From positions 4,768,001 to 4,832,000 of the forward strand of contig OY764216.1 of NCBI GenBank assembly GCA_963668315.1: 64,000 bases of DNA, in the 5' to 3' direction. The notes under the pieces were generated by a model, which saw nothing but the letters and a program-made list of their open reading frames with translations, was not told the origin of the DNA and did not search any database. Origin of the DNA: Spirochaetia bacterium (GTDB lineage: Bacteria > Spirochaetota > Spirochaetia > DSM-2461). The translations under genes were made by a program, and so were the position numbers. Positions 20,791 to 30,228 of the stretch are shown here, one piece after another. How positions within the stretch are numbered: the stretch's first letter is position 1; every line of letters starts with the position of its first letter.

Positions 20791-21900
20791 CTAAACGTTA
20801 AACTTGAAGAACATGACATCCCCGTCCTGAACGAGGTATTCCTTTCCTTCCATACGGAGCTTACCCGCCGCTTTGATCGCCTGTTCGCTGCCCGCTTCAA
20901 AGAGATCGCTGCAGTGGTAGACGTCGGCTTTTATGAAGCCCCTTTCAAAATCGGTATGGATAACACCCGCCGTCTGGGGGGCTTTCATTCCCGCTTTAAA
21001 CGTCCAGGCCTTGTTCTCCTTGCCTCCGGCGGTAAAAAAAGTTCTGAGTCCCAGAGTATGGTAGACCTTACGGATAAGCCTGGATAATCCCGATTCCTCA
21101 ATACCGGCTTCTTCCAGAAAGACAGCCCTCTCCTCCGGATCGTCCAGAGCGGCTATATCCGCTTCCAGCTGTCCACAGAGCACGACCACATCGGCATTCT
21201 CGGCTTCGGCTATTTTCCTGACGGCTTCCACATAGGTATTTTCTCCCGAAAGACCGTCTTCATCGACATTACAGACATAAATCTGCTTTTTCATGGTAAT
21301 AAGATGAAGATCATACAAGAGCTGCTCTTCATCCTCGGTCATTTCCATGGAACGGGACGAGCGCCCTTCGGACAACTCCCCCTTCAGCCTTTCAAGAAGA
21401 GGAACCATAGCCAAAGCTTTCGCCCGGACCTGCTTATCCCCGCTGCGGGAATTTCTTTCGTTGGAGGCGATTCTCTTCTCCACCGTTGCCAGATCGGCCA
21501 GGGCCAGTTCAATATTAATCGTTTCGATGTCATTGACCGGATCAATCCGGTTGGCGACATGGATGATATCGGGATTCTCAAAACATCTCACCACATGGGC
21601 GATGATACCCGTTTCCCTGATATTAGCCAGGAACTTATTTCCCAGTCCCTCACCTTGGGAAGCCCCTTTAACGAGACCGGCGATATCCACGAATTCCACC
21701 GTGGCGGGGATTTTCTTCTCCGCTTGGATGATCGTATGGATCTTATCCAGCCTTTCGTCGGGGACGTTGACAATCCCCACATTGGGATCGATCGTGCAAA
21801 AGGGATAGTTCGCCGCTTCCGCCGGAGCCGACGTGAGGGCTGAAAAAATAGTGGATTTTCCCACATTGGGTAATCCGACAATTCCGCAATTCAAAGCCAT
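20791..21900 (-). CDS. ychF: Redox-regulated ATPase YchF
   Basis: GIVGLPNVGKST, ANYPFCTI, DIAGLV, IHTDFERGFI, DGDV..FKFNV. Confidence 0.98.
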   Translation of the reverse strand: MALNCGIVGLPNVGKSTIFSALTSAPAEAANYPFCTIDPNVGIVNVPDERLDKIHTIIQAEKKIPATVEFVDIAGLVKGASQGEGLGNKFLANIRETGIIAHVVRCFENPDIIHVANRIDPVNDIETINIELALADLATVEKRIASNERNSRSGDKQVRAKALAMVPLLERLKGELSEGRSSRSMEMTEDEEQLLYDLHLITMKKQIYVCNVDEDGLSGENTYVEAVRKIAEAENADVVVLCGQLEADIAALDDPEERAVFLEEAGIEESGLSRLIRKVYHTLGLRTFFTAGGKENKAWTFKAGMKAPQTAGVIHTDFERGFIKADVYHCSDLFEAGSEQAIKAAGKLRMEGKEYLVQDGDVMFFKFNV

Positions 21901-21911
21901 ATATTTTACCT

Positions 21912-22094
21912 TTACCTTTCAGAGTAATTTTTCGGAGTAAACTTCGGACAGGGTTGACCGGTAGCCTTAAGAACCTCCTGGGAGGGACTCCCCGCCGTCT
22001 TAAATCCGAAAAGACGGCAGCCGTGGGGAAAAGTTCTGTCCCAGGTCACATAATAGTGGGAACATTTAAGGCAGTCAAATATCCTCTTCTCCAT
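21912..22094 (-). CDS. Small Cys-rich (putative Zn-binding) protein
   Basis: CLKC.HYYVTWD..FPHGC..FGFK....PS......GQPC; in-operon spacing. Confidence 0.75.
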   Translation of the reverse strand: MEKRIFDCLKCSHYYVTWDRTFPHGCRLFGFKTAGSPSQEVLKATGQPCPKFTPKNYSER

Positions 22095-22107
22095 GTATGT
22101 TCCAAAG

Positions 22108-23646
22108 TCAGCCCTTCAGAGAATACTGCAGAAGCTGAACGAAATGGTAGAGCTGTTTATATATTTCGGTCATATAGCCCTCGATATGATTATCGCTCCG
22201 GGCATCCAGTTCCTTCCAGTTGATAATCACTTGGTGATTTACAACTTTATAATCCTCGATTAGCTGCTTGAGCATTTTTCCCAGGGAGATAAATCCGGCG
22301 GAAGATTTCTTGATAAGCCTGAGCGCCTCGTCATTAATCTCGCCCACCACCGTGGCCAGACTGTTCTGGGAAGTCCTGTCCTGAACACTCGCCATGCGCA
22401 GATAACGTTTGAGACGGATTCCGCCGTTGGCGTCCTCGGCCAGTTCGTTATCAAAGGCCACCACCTGATCGGCCACATCCATGAGCTGGTGGTATATCTC
22501 GGAAAACTGCTGGGATGTGACATTGGTCGTCCACTTGCCTTCAATGAGCAGAATGTCTATCAGGTTCCGGACTTTTCCTTTGTATGTATCCAGAAAAAAA
22601 GCTTTCAGGTAATTCATACCGTCCACATGGGCAAATCCGTCCACTCCTTTTTTGGAGAAGTTGATATTTGCTTTATCGGTGTAGTACTGAGTCCTGGAAA
22701 CGGCGGTCGTTCCGAAAACCATTTTCACCTGGGCTTCTATCTGGCTGATTTTCTTCTCTTTGAGAAGGGCCTGCAGGATTCTTTCCACCTCTGTCTTCTT
22801 CTTGTCCAGGTAGGATTCCACAATCTCCTCGGAGTGTCCCAGACGCATGACCTTATAGTAGGGATCTTCACTCAGATGCATGATGATCAGATTGAAAACC
22901 CGGCTTTTCCTAACGTCTTCACAGCTTCGAAGAAGTTTTTTCCAGGTGGAGGCGGGAAGAAGTTCCATATCCCTGTACTTCTTCATGATCTCAAAAATGA
23001 CACCCCAGTTCGTCTTCGAATCGATGGGTTCAAGTACGGTCAGAAAATCCTTGAGATCCTCCAGAACATATTCGCCATTAATCGCTTCGAAGCGGGGAGA
23101 ATAGACATAGTCGCCCTCGGGCAGGCTGGAATCGAATTTTTTAAGAAAAAAGTAATAATCGTAACCGGCAAAATCCATAAAGGACAAAAAGTAATTGTAA
23201 AGGGCGTTGATAAGCCGTATGCGGTTGCTGTCGAAGAGACTGAAAAGCTGAACCAGATCCCTTTTTATCTCCTCCCGGAGTATTTTGAGGTCCGTCGTTT
23301 TGGCCCTCTCCCGGATTGCCGTTTCGGAAAGCCTCTCGTCAAGGAGAAGATCCTCCTCCTTCATACCCATCTGTATAAAGGAGACTTTAAGAAGGTCGGA
23401 ACTGATATAGGGAGAAAAGAGGGTATAGACAGGGCCGAGGACCTTGTATAAGTCATAGAAGAAACGGGCCATCTGGGGCTGAGCCATATTTCCGCCGGTC
23501 TTGAAGAATTTCCCCGTCCGCTTGAGCTCTTTTCGGATATCCTTGAGAAGTCTCTTTTTCTCCCGGTCGCCCCCCTCTCCCAGGATACCGCCGAGAAGCT
23601 TCTGAAGAATTCCGACGATTCCGCCGGAGCTGTTATCTGAACTCAT
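22108..23646 (-). CDS. Spirochaete conserved protein (DUF5312-like)
   Basis: 512-aa helical protein; EKKRLLK.I.K.L and YDYYFFLKKFD segments recalled from this family. Confidence 0.65.
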   Translation of the reverse strand: MSSDNSSGGIVGILQKLLGGILGEGGDREKKRLLKDIRKELKRTGKFFKTGGNMAQPQMARFFYDLYKVLGPVYTLFSPYISSDLLKVSFIQMGMKEEDLLLDERLSETAIRERAKTTDLKILREEIKRDLVQLFSLFDSNRIRLINALYNYFLSFMDFAGYDYYFFLKKFDSSLPEGDYVYSPRFEAINGEYVLEDLKDFLTVLEPIDSKTNWGVIFEIMKKYRDMELLPASTWKKLLRSCEDVRKSRVFNLIIMHLSEDPYYKVMRLGHSEEIVESYLDKKKTEVERILQALLKEKKISQIEAQVKMVFGTTAVSRTQYYTDKANINFSKKGVDGFAHVDGMNYLKAFFLDTYKGKVRNLIDILLIEGKWTTNVTSQQFSEIYHQLMDVADQVVAFDNELAEDANGGIRLKRYLRMASVQDRTSQNSLATVVGEINDEALRLIKKSSAGFISLGKMLKQLIEDYKVVNHQVIINWKELDARSDNHIEGYMTEIYKQLYHFVQLLQYSLKG

Positions 23647-24131
23647 CGAATCAGCCCCGGATTGGTGGAAGTGAGAAGCATGCCCACATCCTTCAGTTCC
23701 TTGATGGTTCCGTAGAGGGCGGGCCGTCTTCTGGACTCTTTCTCCTTGTCGTAAGCCACGGTCTTCACATAGAGATCATTGGCCATATCGGCCATAATAT
23801 TCAGATTGTTGGACATATTGTCCACGGCCATTCTGTCTTGAATGGCGCCGTTCCTGCCCACAAGAGATTTAGCCCTCGGCTCCGCAATGGTTCTGGCCTG
23901 ATAAATGAACTGGGCCAGACCGATTATTCCCATGTAAAGATCGTCCAGGCTGTAACCGTCTGCCCGGGACTGCTCGCTGTAATTTAGCAGAACATCAAAA
24001 TAATGCCTGTAAGAGTAGCCCACTTCCACTTCGCTCAATGTATTGCGTATAAAGCGGTTGCTTTCGAGAATCTTATAGTGATTCGATAAATTCTCAATCA
24101 GATTTAATATCTCGTAGCTCTTGACGATCAA
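23643..24131 (-). CDS. Hypothetical protein
   Basis: TTG start with GAGGAG SD; ATGA overlap with the next gene. Confidence 0.7.
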   Translation of the reverse strand: MIVKSYEILNLIENLSNHYKILESNRFIRNTLSEVEVGYSYRHYFDVLLNYSEQSRADGYSLDDLYMGIIGLAQFIYQARTIAEPRAKSLVGRNGAIQDRMAVDNMSNNLNIMADMANDLYVKTVAYDKEKESRRRPALYGTIKELKDVGMLLTSTNPGLIR

Positions 24132-24187
24132 TGAAGCTCTCCTCGTTTTAAATACCCATTTAATACTATGCTATCAATTTGATTTTA

Positions 24188-25102
24188 TCAAGCCTTTTTC
24201 CCCTGATAACTCCCCCGCTCATTAAGGAGTTCCACCGTTCTGCGGGACACTTCCGACTTATTTAAAAAAACACCGGGCACACTGTTGCGCGGCGAGGGAG
24301 TATCGGTGGTCAGGCGCATGATAACCGTATCCTCATCCAGCCTTTCCAGGGCATCGGCCAGATAGGTGATATGCCTGAGAGATCCGGGGAAAGTCAGCTC
24401 CCCCAGCCTGTATTCCCTGTACAGGGGAGAACGGGAGGGGATATGGAGGTTGTGAAACTTCACCGCTTCGGGACGCAGGGCGTTCACCGACCGGACCGTT
24501 TCCATCATCATGGCGCGATCCTCACCGGGAAGGCCGAGGATAAGGTGGACGGCCCTTTTTATGCCCCTCTCCCGTAGAAGTTCATCGGCCCGGTAGAACT
24601 CTTCCGGCCCGTGCCCCCTGTTGATTCTTTCCAGGGTGGAGGGATGAATCGACTGGAGTCCCAGCTCCACCCACACATCGAATCCGGGGCGCATATAGGA
24701 CGCCAGGAGATCGGCCTTCTCCTCATCCAGGCAGTCGGGCCTTGTGGAGACGATCAGCTCGGAAAAATCGTAGCACCCCAGTCCCTTGTCATAAAGGGCT
24801 TTCAAGTCGTCCGTTTTTCCGTAAGTACTCGTATAGGCCTGGAAATAGAGCATGAAGACTTCGGCCTTATACCGTTTTTTCATGGCTCCCAGGGAACGGC
24901 GTATCTGCCCTTCCAGCGATAGGTCGCCCTCCCCCACATAGGCGGAGCGGGATCCGAAGGGATCGCAGTAGGAACAGCCGCCCCGGCTCCGGTCCGAATC
25001 CCTGTTGGGACAGGTAAACCCTCCGTCTACCCCCACACGGTAGGCCGGTCTGCCGTATTTCTCTCTGAGATAGGCCGAATATGATCTGTACGGATTTTTC
25101 AC
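24188..25102 (-). CDS. TIGR01212 (YhcC/YtqA-like) radical SAM protein
   Basis: GFTCPNRD....GGCSYC, YFQAYTST, TRPDC, ELGLQS, HLILGLP. Confidence 0.92.
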   Translation of the reverse strand: MKNPYRSYSAYLREKYGRPAYRVGVDGGFTCPNRDSDRSRGGCSYCDPFGSRSAYVGEGDLSLEGQIRRSLGAMKKRYKAEVFMLYFQAYTSTYGKTDDLKALYDKGLGCYDFSELIVSTRPDCLDEEKADLLASYMRPGFDVWVELGLQSIHPSTLERINRGHGPEEFYRADELLRERGIKRAVHLILGLPGEDRAMMMETVRSVNALRPEAVKFHNLHIPSRSPLYREYRLGELTFPGSLRHITYLADALERLDEDTVIMRLTTDTPSPRNSVPGVFLNKSEVSRRTVELLNERGSYQGKKA

Positions 25103-25183
25103 CCTGACATTATGGTGGTTAGGCCCGTGAAGGGCAAGACTCTCAGCCTTGAATCAACGGGACAATCGGGATATATTAGGATC

Positions 25184-26368
25184 ATGCTGAGAAAAATGCT
25201 CTTTCTGCCCCTAATCGCCCTGTTATTCTCCTGCTCGGATAAGGGCTATTCCCTTCTGACCGTACTGACCGATCAGAAGGATATGATACTTATATCGGAA
25301 TACTACAACAGCATTCAGAATAAGAGCCGGATTCGTCTCATCTACGACGATTATATCTCTCTCGAGGATATCCTGACCCACGAACCGGATCTGGTCATCG
25401 GGAAGGATATGAACAATCCCCTCTTCTATGAGCGCTTCCTTCCCCTGACGCCACCGGAAGGAATCTATCCTGTCCTCACCGGCGAAAAGGACGAAAAGGG
25501 CCGGACGGGCCTTCTTCCTCTGGCCTTCGACATGCCCCTTATCGTCTACTCGCGGGATCAGAGGGACATCCCCTTCATGATGACTGGAGACGACCTGAAA
25601 GAAGAGGGCTCCGAGAGAAACCGGGAGGAGGAATCCCGCTTCACCCACATGGGCTTTTCCCCCTTATGGGAAGGAAAATTTCTTTACTGGTACATGAAGT
25701 CCCTGAATATTTCTTTCTATAAAGACGGGGAGTTTCAGTACGACCAGGACAGGCTGGATGAAGGGATCAATGCCATCCGCGCCTGGGTGGACGATGAAAA
25801 CGGAGGCATGGAGAAGGAAAAGGCCTTCTCCGATAAATACCGGTATATACCCGACTACAAGCTGCTCGAGAAGGGTGTCATTGATTTCTCCGCCATGACC
25901 TTTTCCGAATACTCCGCCCTGCCCGGTAAGGAAACCGCCCGCCTGACCTACTCATGGTTCGGAGACGGGGAGCATATCAGCCCGGCCGATTGTCTATACG
26001 GGGGGATCGTCAGCGAATCGGAGAACGAAGAGGCAAGCCGTGATTTCCTCTACTGGCTCCTTTCCGAGGAGGGGCAGATTGAATTGATCCATTATAAGGG
26101 TGTGGTCAGTCCCGGATTCGCCCTGTTCGACCGTTTCAGCTCCCTGGAAAGAATCAACAGACTGTTTCTGCCCCAGACTTTTTCCGACAAACTGGGCGGA
26201 CGGGTTTTTATGTCAGAACAGCTCGGCCCTCCCCTCCTTGAACCGGAGAACTGGAGCGCCGTGAAAAAGGACGTTATTTTTCCCTGGATGGAAGAAACGC
26301 TATGGGAAAACAGCGCTCTTACCCTTGCGTCCTATTACAGGGAGTGGCAGCTCCACTTTATCGATTAA
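25184..26368 (+). CDS. Extracellular solute-binding-like lipoprotein
   Basis: LLFSC lipobox from ATG 25184; LPLAFD.P.IVY and FL.WLLSEEGQ SBP-like segments. Confidence 0.7.
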   Translation: MLRKMLFLPLIALLFSCSDKGYSLLTVLTDQKDMILISEYYNSIQNKSRIRLIYDDYISLEDILTHEPDLVIGKDMNNPLFYERFLPLTPPEGIYPVLTGEKDEKGRTGLLPLAFDMPLIVYSRDQRDIPFMMTGDDLKEEGSERNREEESRFTHMGFSPLWEGKFLYWYMKSLNISFYKDGEFQYDQDRLDEGINAIRAWVDDENGGMEKEKAFSDKYRYIPDYKLLEKGVIDFSAMTFSEYSALPGKETARLTYSWFGDGEHISPADCLYGGIVSESENEEASRDFLYWLLSEEGQIELIHYKGVVSPGFALFDRFSSLERINRLFLPQTFSDKLGGRVFMSEQLGPPLLEPENWSAVKKDVIFPWMEETLWENSALTLASYYREWQLHFID

Positions 26369-26416
26369 TTCGTTCTCAGTTGACGCACCGGGGTTTCTTT
26401 CTATAAGATCAGTGTC

Positions 26417-27418
26417 ATGAAAGAAATTACCATGGTAAAGAAAAGAAAGGCCGACGGCGAACCGTGCCGCAAGTGCCGGCAGGTGGAAGAGCAGCTTAAG
26501 GACAGGGGACTCTTTGACAGAATCGACCGGATCGTATGGGCCGATGAAAGGGATCCCCAGTCGGAAGGAATGATTCTGGCCGAAGAGTTCGGGATTGAGA
26601 TAGCCCCTTTCTTTATCGTGAAGGAAGGCCCGGAGGTAAGGCTTTATAAAAGCAGCCTTCAGTTCATCAAGAAAGAACTGGAAACATCGGTCCCTTCGGC
26701 TTCCCCGTCCTCTCTCCCCTCTGCGGGGAATCTGCTTTCCGAACTGACAGGCAAATCACCGGCCACCATCATAGACAGGGCCCTCTCTCTCTTCGGAAGG
26801 GAATGCGCCATCTCTTTCAGCGGGGCGGAGGATGTCGCCCTCATTGAAATGGCCGTCCAAACGGGTAAGCCCTTTACGGTCTTCTCCCTGGATACGGGCC
26901 GCCTTCATCCCGAAACTTACCGTTTTCTCGACAAGGTACGGAAACACTACTCCCTGCCCATCCGCGTCGTATCACCCGAAAGGGAGGAACTGGAAGCTTT
27001 TGTGGAAGAGAAGGGTTTGTACAGTTTTTACGAAGACGGCCACAGAGAGTGCTGTCAGATCAGAAAGGTAAAACCATTGAAACGGGCTCTGGGCGACTAC
27101 CGGGCCTGGATTACCGGTCAGCGCAAAGATCAGAATCCCTCCACCCGGGGGAACCTCGATGTTGTCCAGGAAGACAGCTTTGTCGGAAAAGACGGAAAGG
27201 GGCTCTACAAATTCAATCCTCTGGCCGACTGGTCACAGGCAAAGGTCTGGAGTTTTATCCGTTCCCACGAAGTGCCTTATAACGAACTTCATGACAGGGG
27301 TTATATCTCCATAGGCTGTGAACCCTGCACAAGACCTCAGCAGCCCGGCGAACATGAAAGAGCCAGCCGCTGGTGGTGGGAAGAGGGAACGAAGCGGGAG
27401 TGCGGCCTCCACAAATAG
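26417..27418 (+). CDS. cysH: APS/PAPS reductase with N-terminal CxxC thioredoxin-like domain
   Basis: [34 protein letters not shown]; extra ~90-aa N-terminus containing CRKC. Confidence 0.9.
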   Translation: MKEITMVKKRKADGEPCRKCRQVEEQLKDRGLFDRIDRIVWADERDPQSEGMILAEEFGIEIAPFFIVKEGPEVRLYKSSLQFIKKELETSVPSASPSSLPSAGNLLSELTGKSPATIIDRALSLFGRECAISFSGAEDVALIEMAVQTGKPFTVFSLDTGRLHPETYRFLDKVRKHYSLPIRVVSPEREELEAFVEEKGLYSFYEDGHRECCQIRKVKPLKRALGDYRAWITGQRKDQNPSTRGNLDVVQEDSFVGKDGKGLYKFNPLADWSQAKVWSFIRSHEVPYNELHDRGYISIGCEPCTRPQQPGEHERASRWWWEEGTKRECGLHK

Positions 27419-27435
27419 CTTATTTGATTGATTTA

Positions 27436-28080
27436 TCAGCGGCCCTCGGTCAGTCTGACCGAAAGAACGGCCAGGCCGCTGGACAGGTCTTCCCTCTGAA
27501 CGATAACATCGTCGGGAACGCGCAGGGTCACGGGACAGAAGTTCCAGATACCCTTGATGCCGGCTTCAACCAGAAGATCGGCCGTTTCCTGTCCCACCGC
27601 TTCGGGTACGGTAATGATACCCATGGTGATTCCCATCCGGTGGACAAGATTCTCCAGCTTATCGAGGGCGAAAACAGTTTTTCCGTGGATTTCCTTGCCG
27701 ACAAGGGCGGGATTGGCGTCAAAGGCGGCGACAATATTCAGCCCGTGCTCGGCGAACCCCCGGAACCCCATGATGGCCGAACCAAGGGCGCCTGCCCCGA
27801 CGAGAACGGCATCGGTGGAGTTGTTCCACCCCAAAAGATCATTAATGGCTTTGATGAGCAGAGGTACTTCAAATCCCAGTCTGGGTTTTCCGGCCAAACC
27901 CGTAAAGGCCAGATCTTTTCTTACCTGAATAGGCTTCAACCCCAGGATATCCGAAAAGTCAGTAGTGGAAATCCATTCCTTACCCTCTTCAAGAAAATCT
28001 CCGGTGACCCGCAGGTAATTGGGCATTCTTCTGATTGTGGGGAGAGGAATTATTTTCTGTATCTGCGAATCTTCACTCAA
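27436..28080 (-). CDS. rex: Redox-sensing repressor Rex
   Basis: PTIRRMP.YLR, QVRKDL, GAGALG, GIWNF. Confidence 0.93.
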   Translation of the reverse strand: MSEDSQIQKIIPLPTIRRMPNYLRVTGDFLEEGKEWISTTDFSDILGLKPIQVRKDLAFTGLAGKPRLGFEVPLLIKAINDLLGWNNSTDAVLVGAGALGSAIMGFRGFAEHGLNIVAAFDANPALVGKEIHGKTVFALDKLENLVHRMGITMGIITVPEAVGQETADLLVEAGIKGIWNFCPVTLRVPDDVIVQREDLSSGLAVLSVRLTEGR

Positions 28081-28193
28081 GCCGACCGACCTCTTTCGTT
28101 ATAAATATATCTTATTGAGTTATTATGTACTATTTTTTCCAAATAAGAAAGCATTTTTCGTCATAAAAACCAAAAAAGTTTAGCCCTCACGTA

Positions 28194-28244
28194 TTGACAT
28201 TGATAGGAATCTGGACTATTTTTTTATCGATAATTAATTATCCA
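28194..28244 (+). promoter_or_regulatory. Promoter of the hydrogenase operon with Rex-like operator
   Basis: TTGACA-17-TATTTT, then TCGATAA-TTAA-TTATCCA (28227-28244) with perfect core GATAATTAATTATC. Confidence 0.6.
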
Positions 28245-28262
28245 TTAGGGAGGATAAAAAAT

Positions 28263-28511
28263 ATGATTGAAGTGACCCTTTGCATGGGAAGCTCCTGTTT
28301 CAGCAGAGGCAACGAAGCTGCTCTCAATTCTCTCGAAGAGTATATAGAAAAAAACGGCCTTTCGTCCCAGATATCCCTCAACGGAGAGCACTGTATGGGC
28401 GACTGCGCCCACGGGCCGAATATCCGCATCAACGGAATTAAGTACAACAATCTCCTCCCCGACGGAATTATCGAAATATTAAACCATTACCTGGAAGAAA
28501 ACCATGAATGA
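28263..28511 (+). CDS. Thioredoxin-like [2Fe-2S] ferredoxin (HfsA-like)
   Basis: CMGSSC...CMGDCAHGPN; ATG 28263 with GGAGG SD. Confidence 0.88.
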   Translation: MIEVTLCMGSSCFSRGNEAALNSLEEYIEKNGLSSQISLNGEHCMGDCAHGPNIRINGIKYNNLLPDGIIEILNHYLEENHE

Positions 28512-30228
28512 CAGTTACCCCCTGTATACGGAAAAAAGAGAGTGTCAGGACTGTTACAAATGCGTCCGCCATTGCCCCGTCAAAGCCATATCCGTCAACG
28601 ACGGCTCTGCCCTGGTGACACCCGAACTCTGTATCTATTGCGGTAAATGCTATGAAATATGTCCTGTGGGAGCCAAGAAAGTGCCCCAGGAATTCAACCG
28701 GGCGGAACAAATCATCCGTCTGAAAGAGTCAGTTTACGTCTCCATGAGCCCCTCCTTCTTTTCGGAATTTTCCGATAGAAAGGATGAAGTTCTCTCTTTT
28801 CTCTATGCCAAGGGAATTGCCGGGGTGTCCGAAACAGCCATCGGGGCTGAATATGTATCCCGGGAGATTGACCGGCTGCTGGAAGCGAAAAGTGATAAAA
28901 AATTGATTTCCACAGCCTGTCCGGTTATTGTGAAGCTTATTAACCTTTACTACCCCGCTCTGAAGGACAATATGACGGCTGTGGCATCACCCATGGTCGT
29001 CCACGGTAGATATCTCAAGGAGAAATTCGGCCCTCAGACAGGAGTGATATTCATTGGCCCCTGCATAGCCAAAAAGGGTGAGGCCCGTGAAGAAGGGCAG
29101 GCCATAGACTGCGCTCTCACTTTCGAGGAACTGGAGAAATGGATGACCGAATCGGTCGGCGGTCCTCTCCGCGAAACGGTCTCCGGTCCCGTTCCGGAGG
29201 ATTTTCTGGAAGTCCGGTCCGGCAAAGCCTCTCTCTACCCTCTGGACGGGGGGATGATCCAGAGTCTGAGCGGGAAACACGGGGAAAACCACTCCTATCA
29301 CATCTCGGGAATAGACAGGGTCATGGAGATTCTGGGAGAGATTGAGTCAAGGCTGAACGACGGGGAAGGTGCCTTTTTTGAGCTCCTCTCCTGTTCGGGG
29401 GGCTGTATAAACGGCCCGGCCCGCACGGGGAGAATGTCCTTCTATAAAAAAAGCTCCCTCCTTTTCGACAACATGAAATCCCGCACCCCCTTTCCGGGAG
29501 GGGAAAATCCCGCCGTATACCACGACTACCGGAGCACCGTTCCTCTGAACAAGGTGCAGTTTTCCGAGGAAGAGATCGAGGCGACCCTGATCGGCCTGGA
29601 TAAGCGGAATAAGGACGACAGGCTCAACTGCGGCGGATGCGGCTATAATTCCTGCCGCGATTTCGCCATTGCCAAACTGCAGGGGAAGGCTGAGAAAGAG
29701 ATGTGCGCCGGCAATATGAGGAAACAGGCCCAGAAAAAGGTCAACGCCCTCATCAAAACGATTCCCGCCGGCGTGGTTATCGTGGATCATGACAAAAAGA
29801 TCGTCGAGTGCAACAGCCGCTTTCTGGACTTTTTCTCAGAGACCGATCTCTCCGACTATCAGGATATGACGGACAGGGCCAAGGGACTGAGCGTGGAAAA
29901 CTTCGGTCAGATTTCCCATCAGTACAGCGAGGTTCTCTTTCACAGGACCGAAAAAGAGGAGCGCATCAGATACGGGGACTCCGTCTACAAGGCGACTTTT
30001 TTCACCATTGAGAAGGATCGTCTGGCCGGCGCCATCTTCCAGGATGTAACCCAGCCCTCCATCAGGCGCGGCACTATTATCACCAAGGCCGAAGAGGTTA
30101 TCAGGAAGAATCTTGAGAGCGTGCAGCAGATCGCCTCCCTCCTGGGAGAAAACGCCGCCGAGACGGAAATCATCCTGAACTCTGTCATTGAAGAGCTCAA
30201 GCCGCCGGCAAAGAAGGACTTGAAGTGA
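28504..30228 (+). CDS. PAS-containing sensory (group C) [FeFe]-hydrogenase, HfsB/HydS-like
   Basis: 2x[4Fe-4S] N-terminus; H-cluster motifs STACP, GPCIAKKGE, ELLSCSGGCING; CGGCGYNSC; C-terminal PAS-like region. Confidence 0.9.
   Translation: MNDSYPLYTEKRECQDCYKCVRHCPVKAISVNDGSALVTPELCIYCGKCYEICPVGAKKVPQEFNRAEQIIRLKESVYVSMSPSFFSEFSDRKDEVLSFLYAKGIAGVSETAIGAEYVSREIDRLLEAKSDKKLISTACPVIVKLINLYYPALKDNMTAVASPMVVHGRYLKEKFGPQTGVIFIGPCIAKKGEAREEGQAIDCALTFEELEKWMTESVGGPLRETVSGPVPEDFLEVRSGKASLYPLDGGMIQSLSGKHGENHSYHISGIDRVMEILGEIESRLNDGEGAFFELLSCSGGCINGPARTGRMSFYKKSSLLFDNMKSRTPFPGGENPAVYHDYRSTVPLNKVQFSEEEIEATLIGLDKRNKDDRLNCGGCGYNSCRDFAIAKLQGKAEKEMCAGNMRKQAQKKVNALIKTIPAGVVIVDHDKKIVECNSRFLDFFSETDLSDYQDMTDRAKGLSVENFGQISHQYSEVLFHRTEKEERIRYGDSVYKATFFTIEKDRLAGAIFQDVTQPSIRRGTIITKAEEVIRKNLESVQQIASLLGENAAETEIILNSVIEELKPPAKKDLK

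Noticed and set aside
21912..22094. Uracil-DNA glycosylase label often given to this small family
   Set aside because: 60 aa is too short and no UDG catalytic motifs are present.
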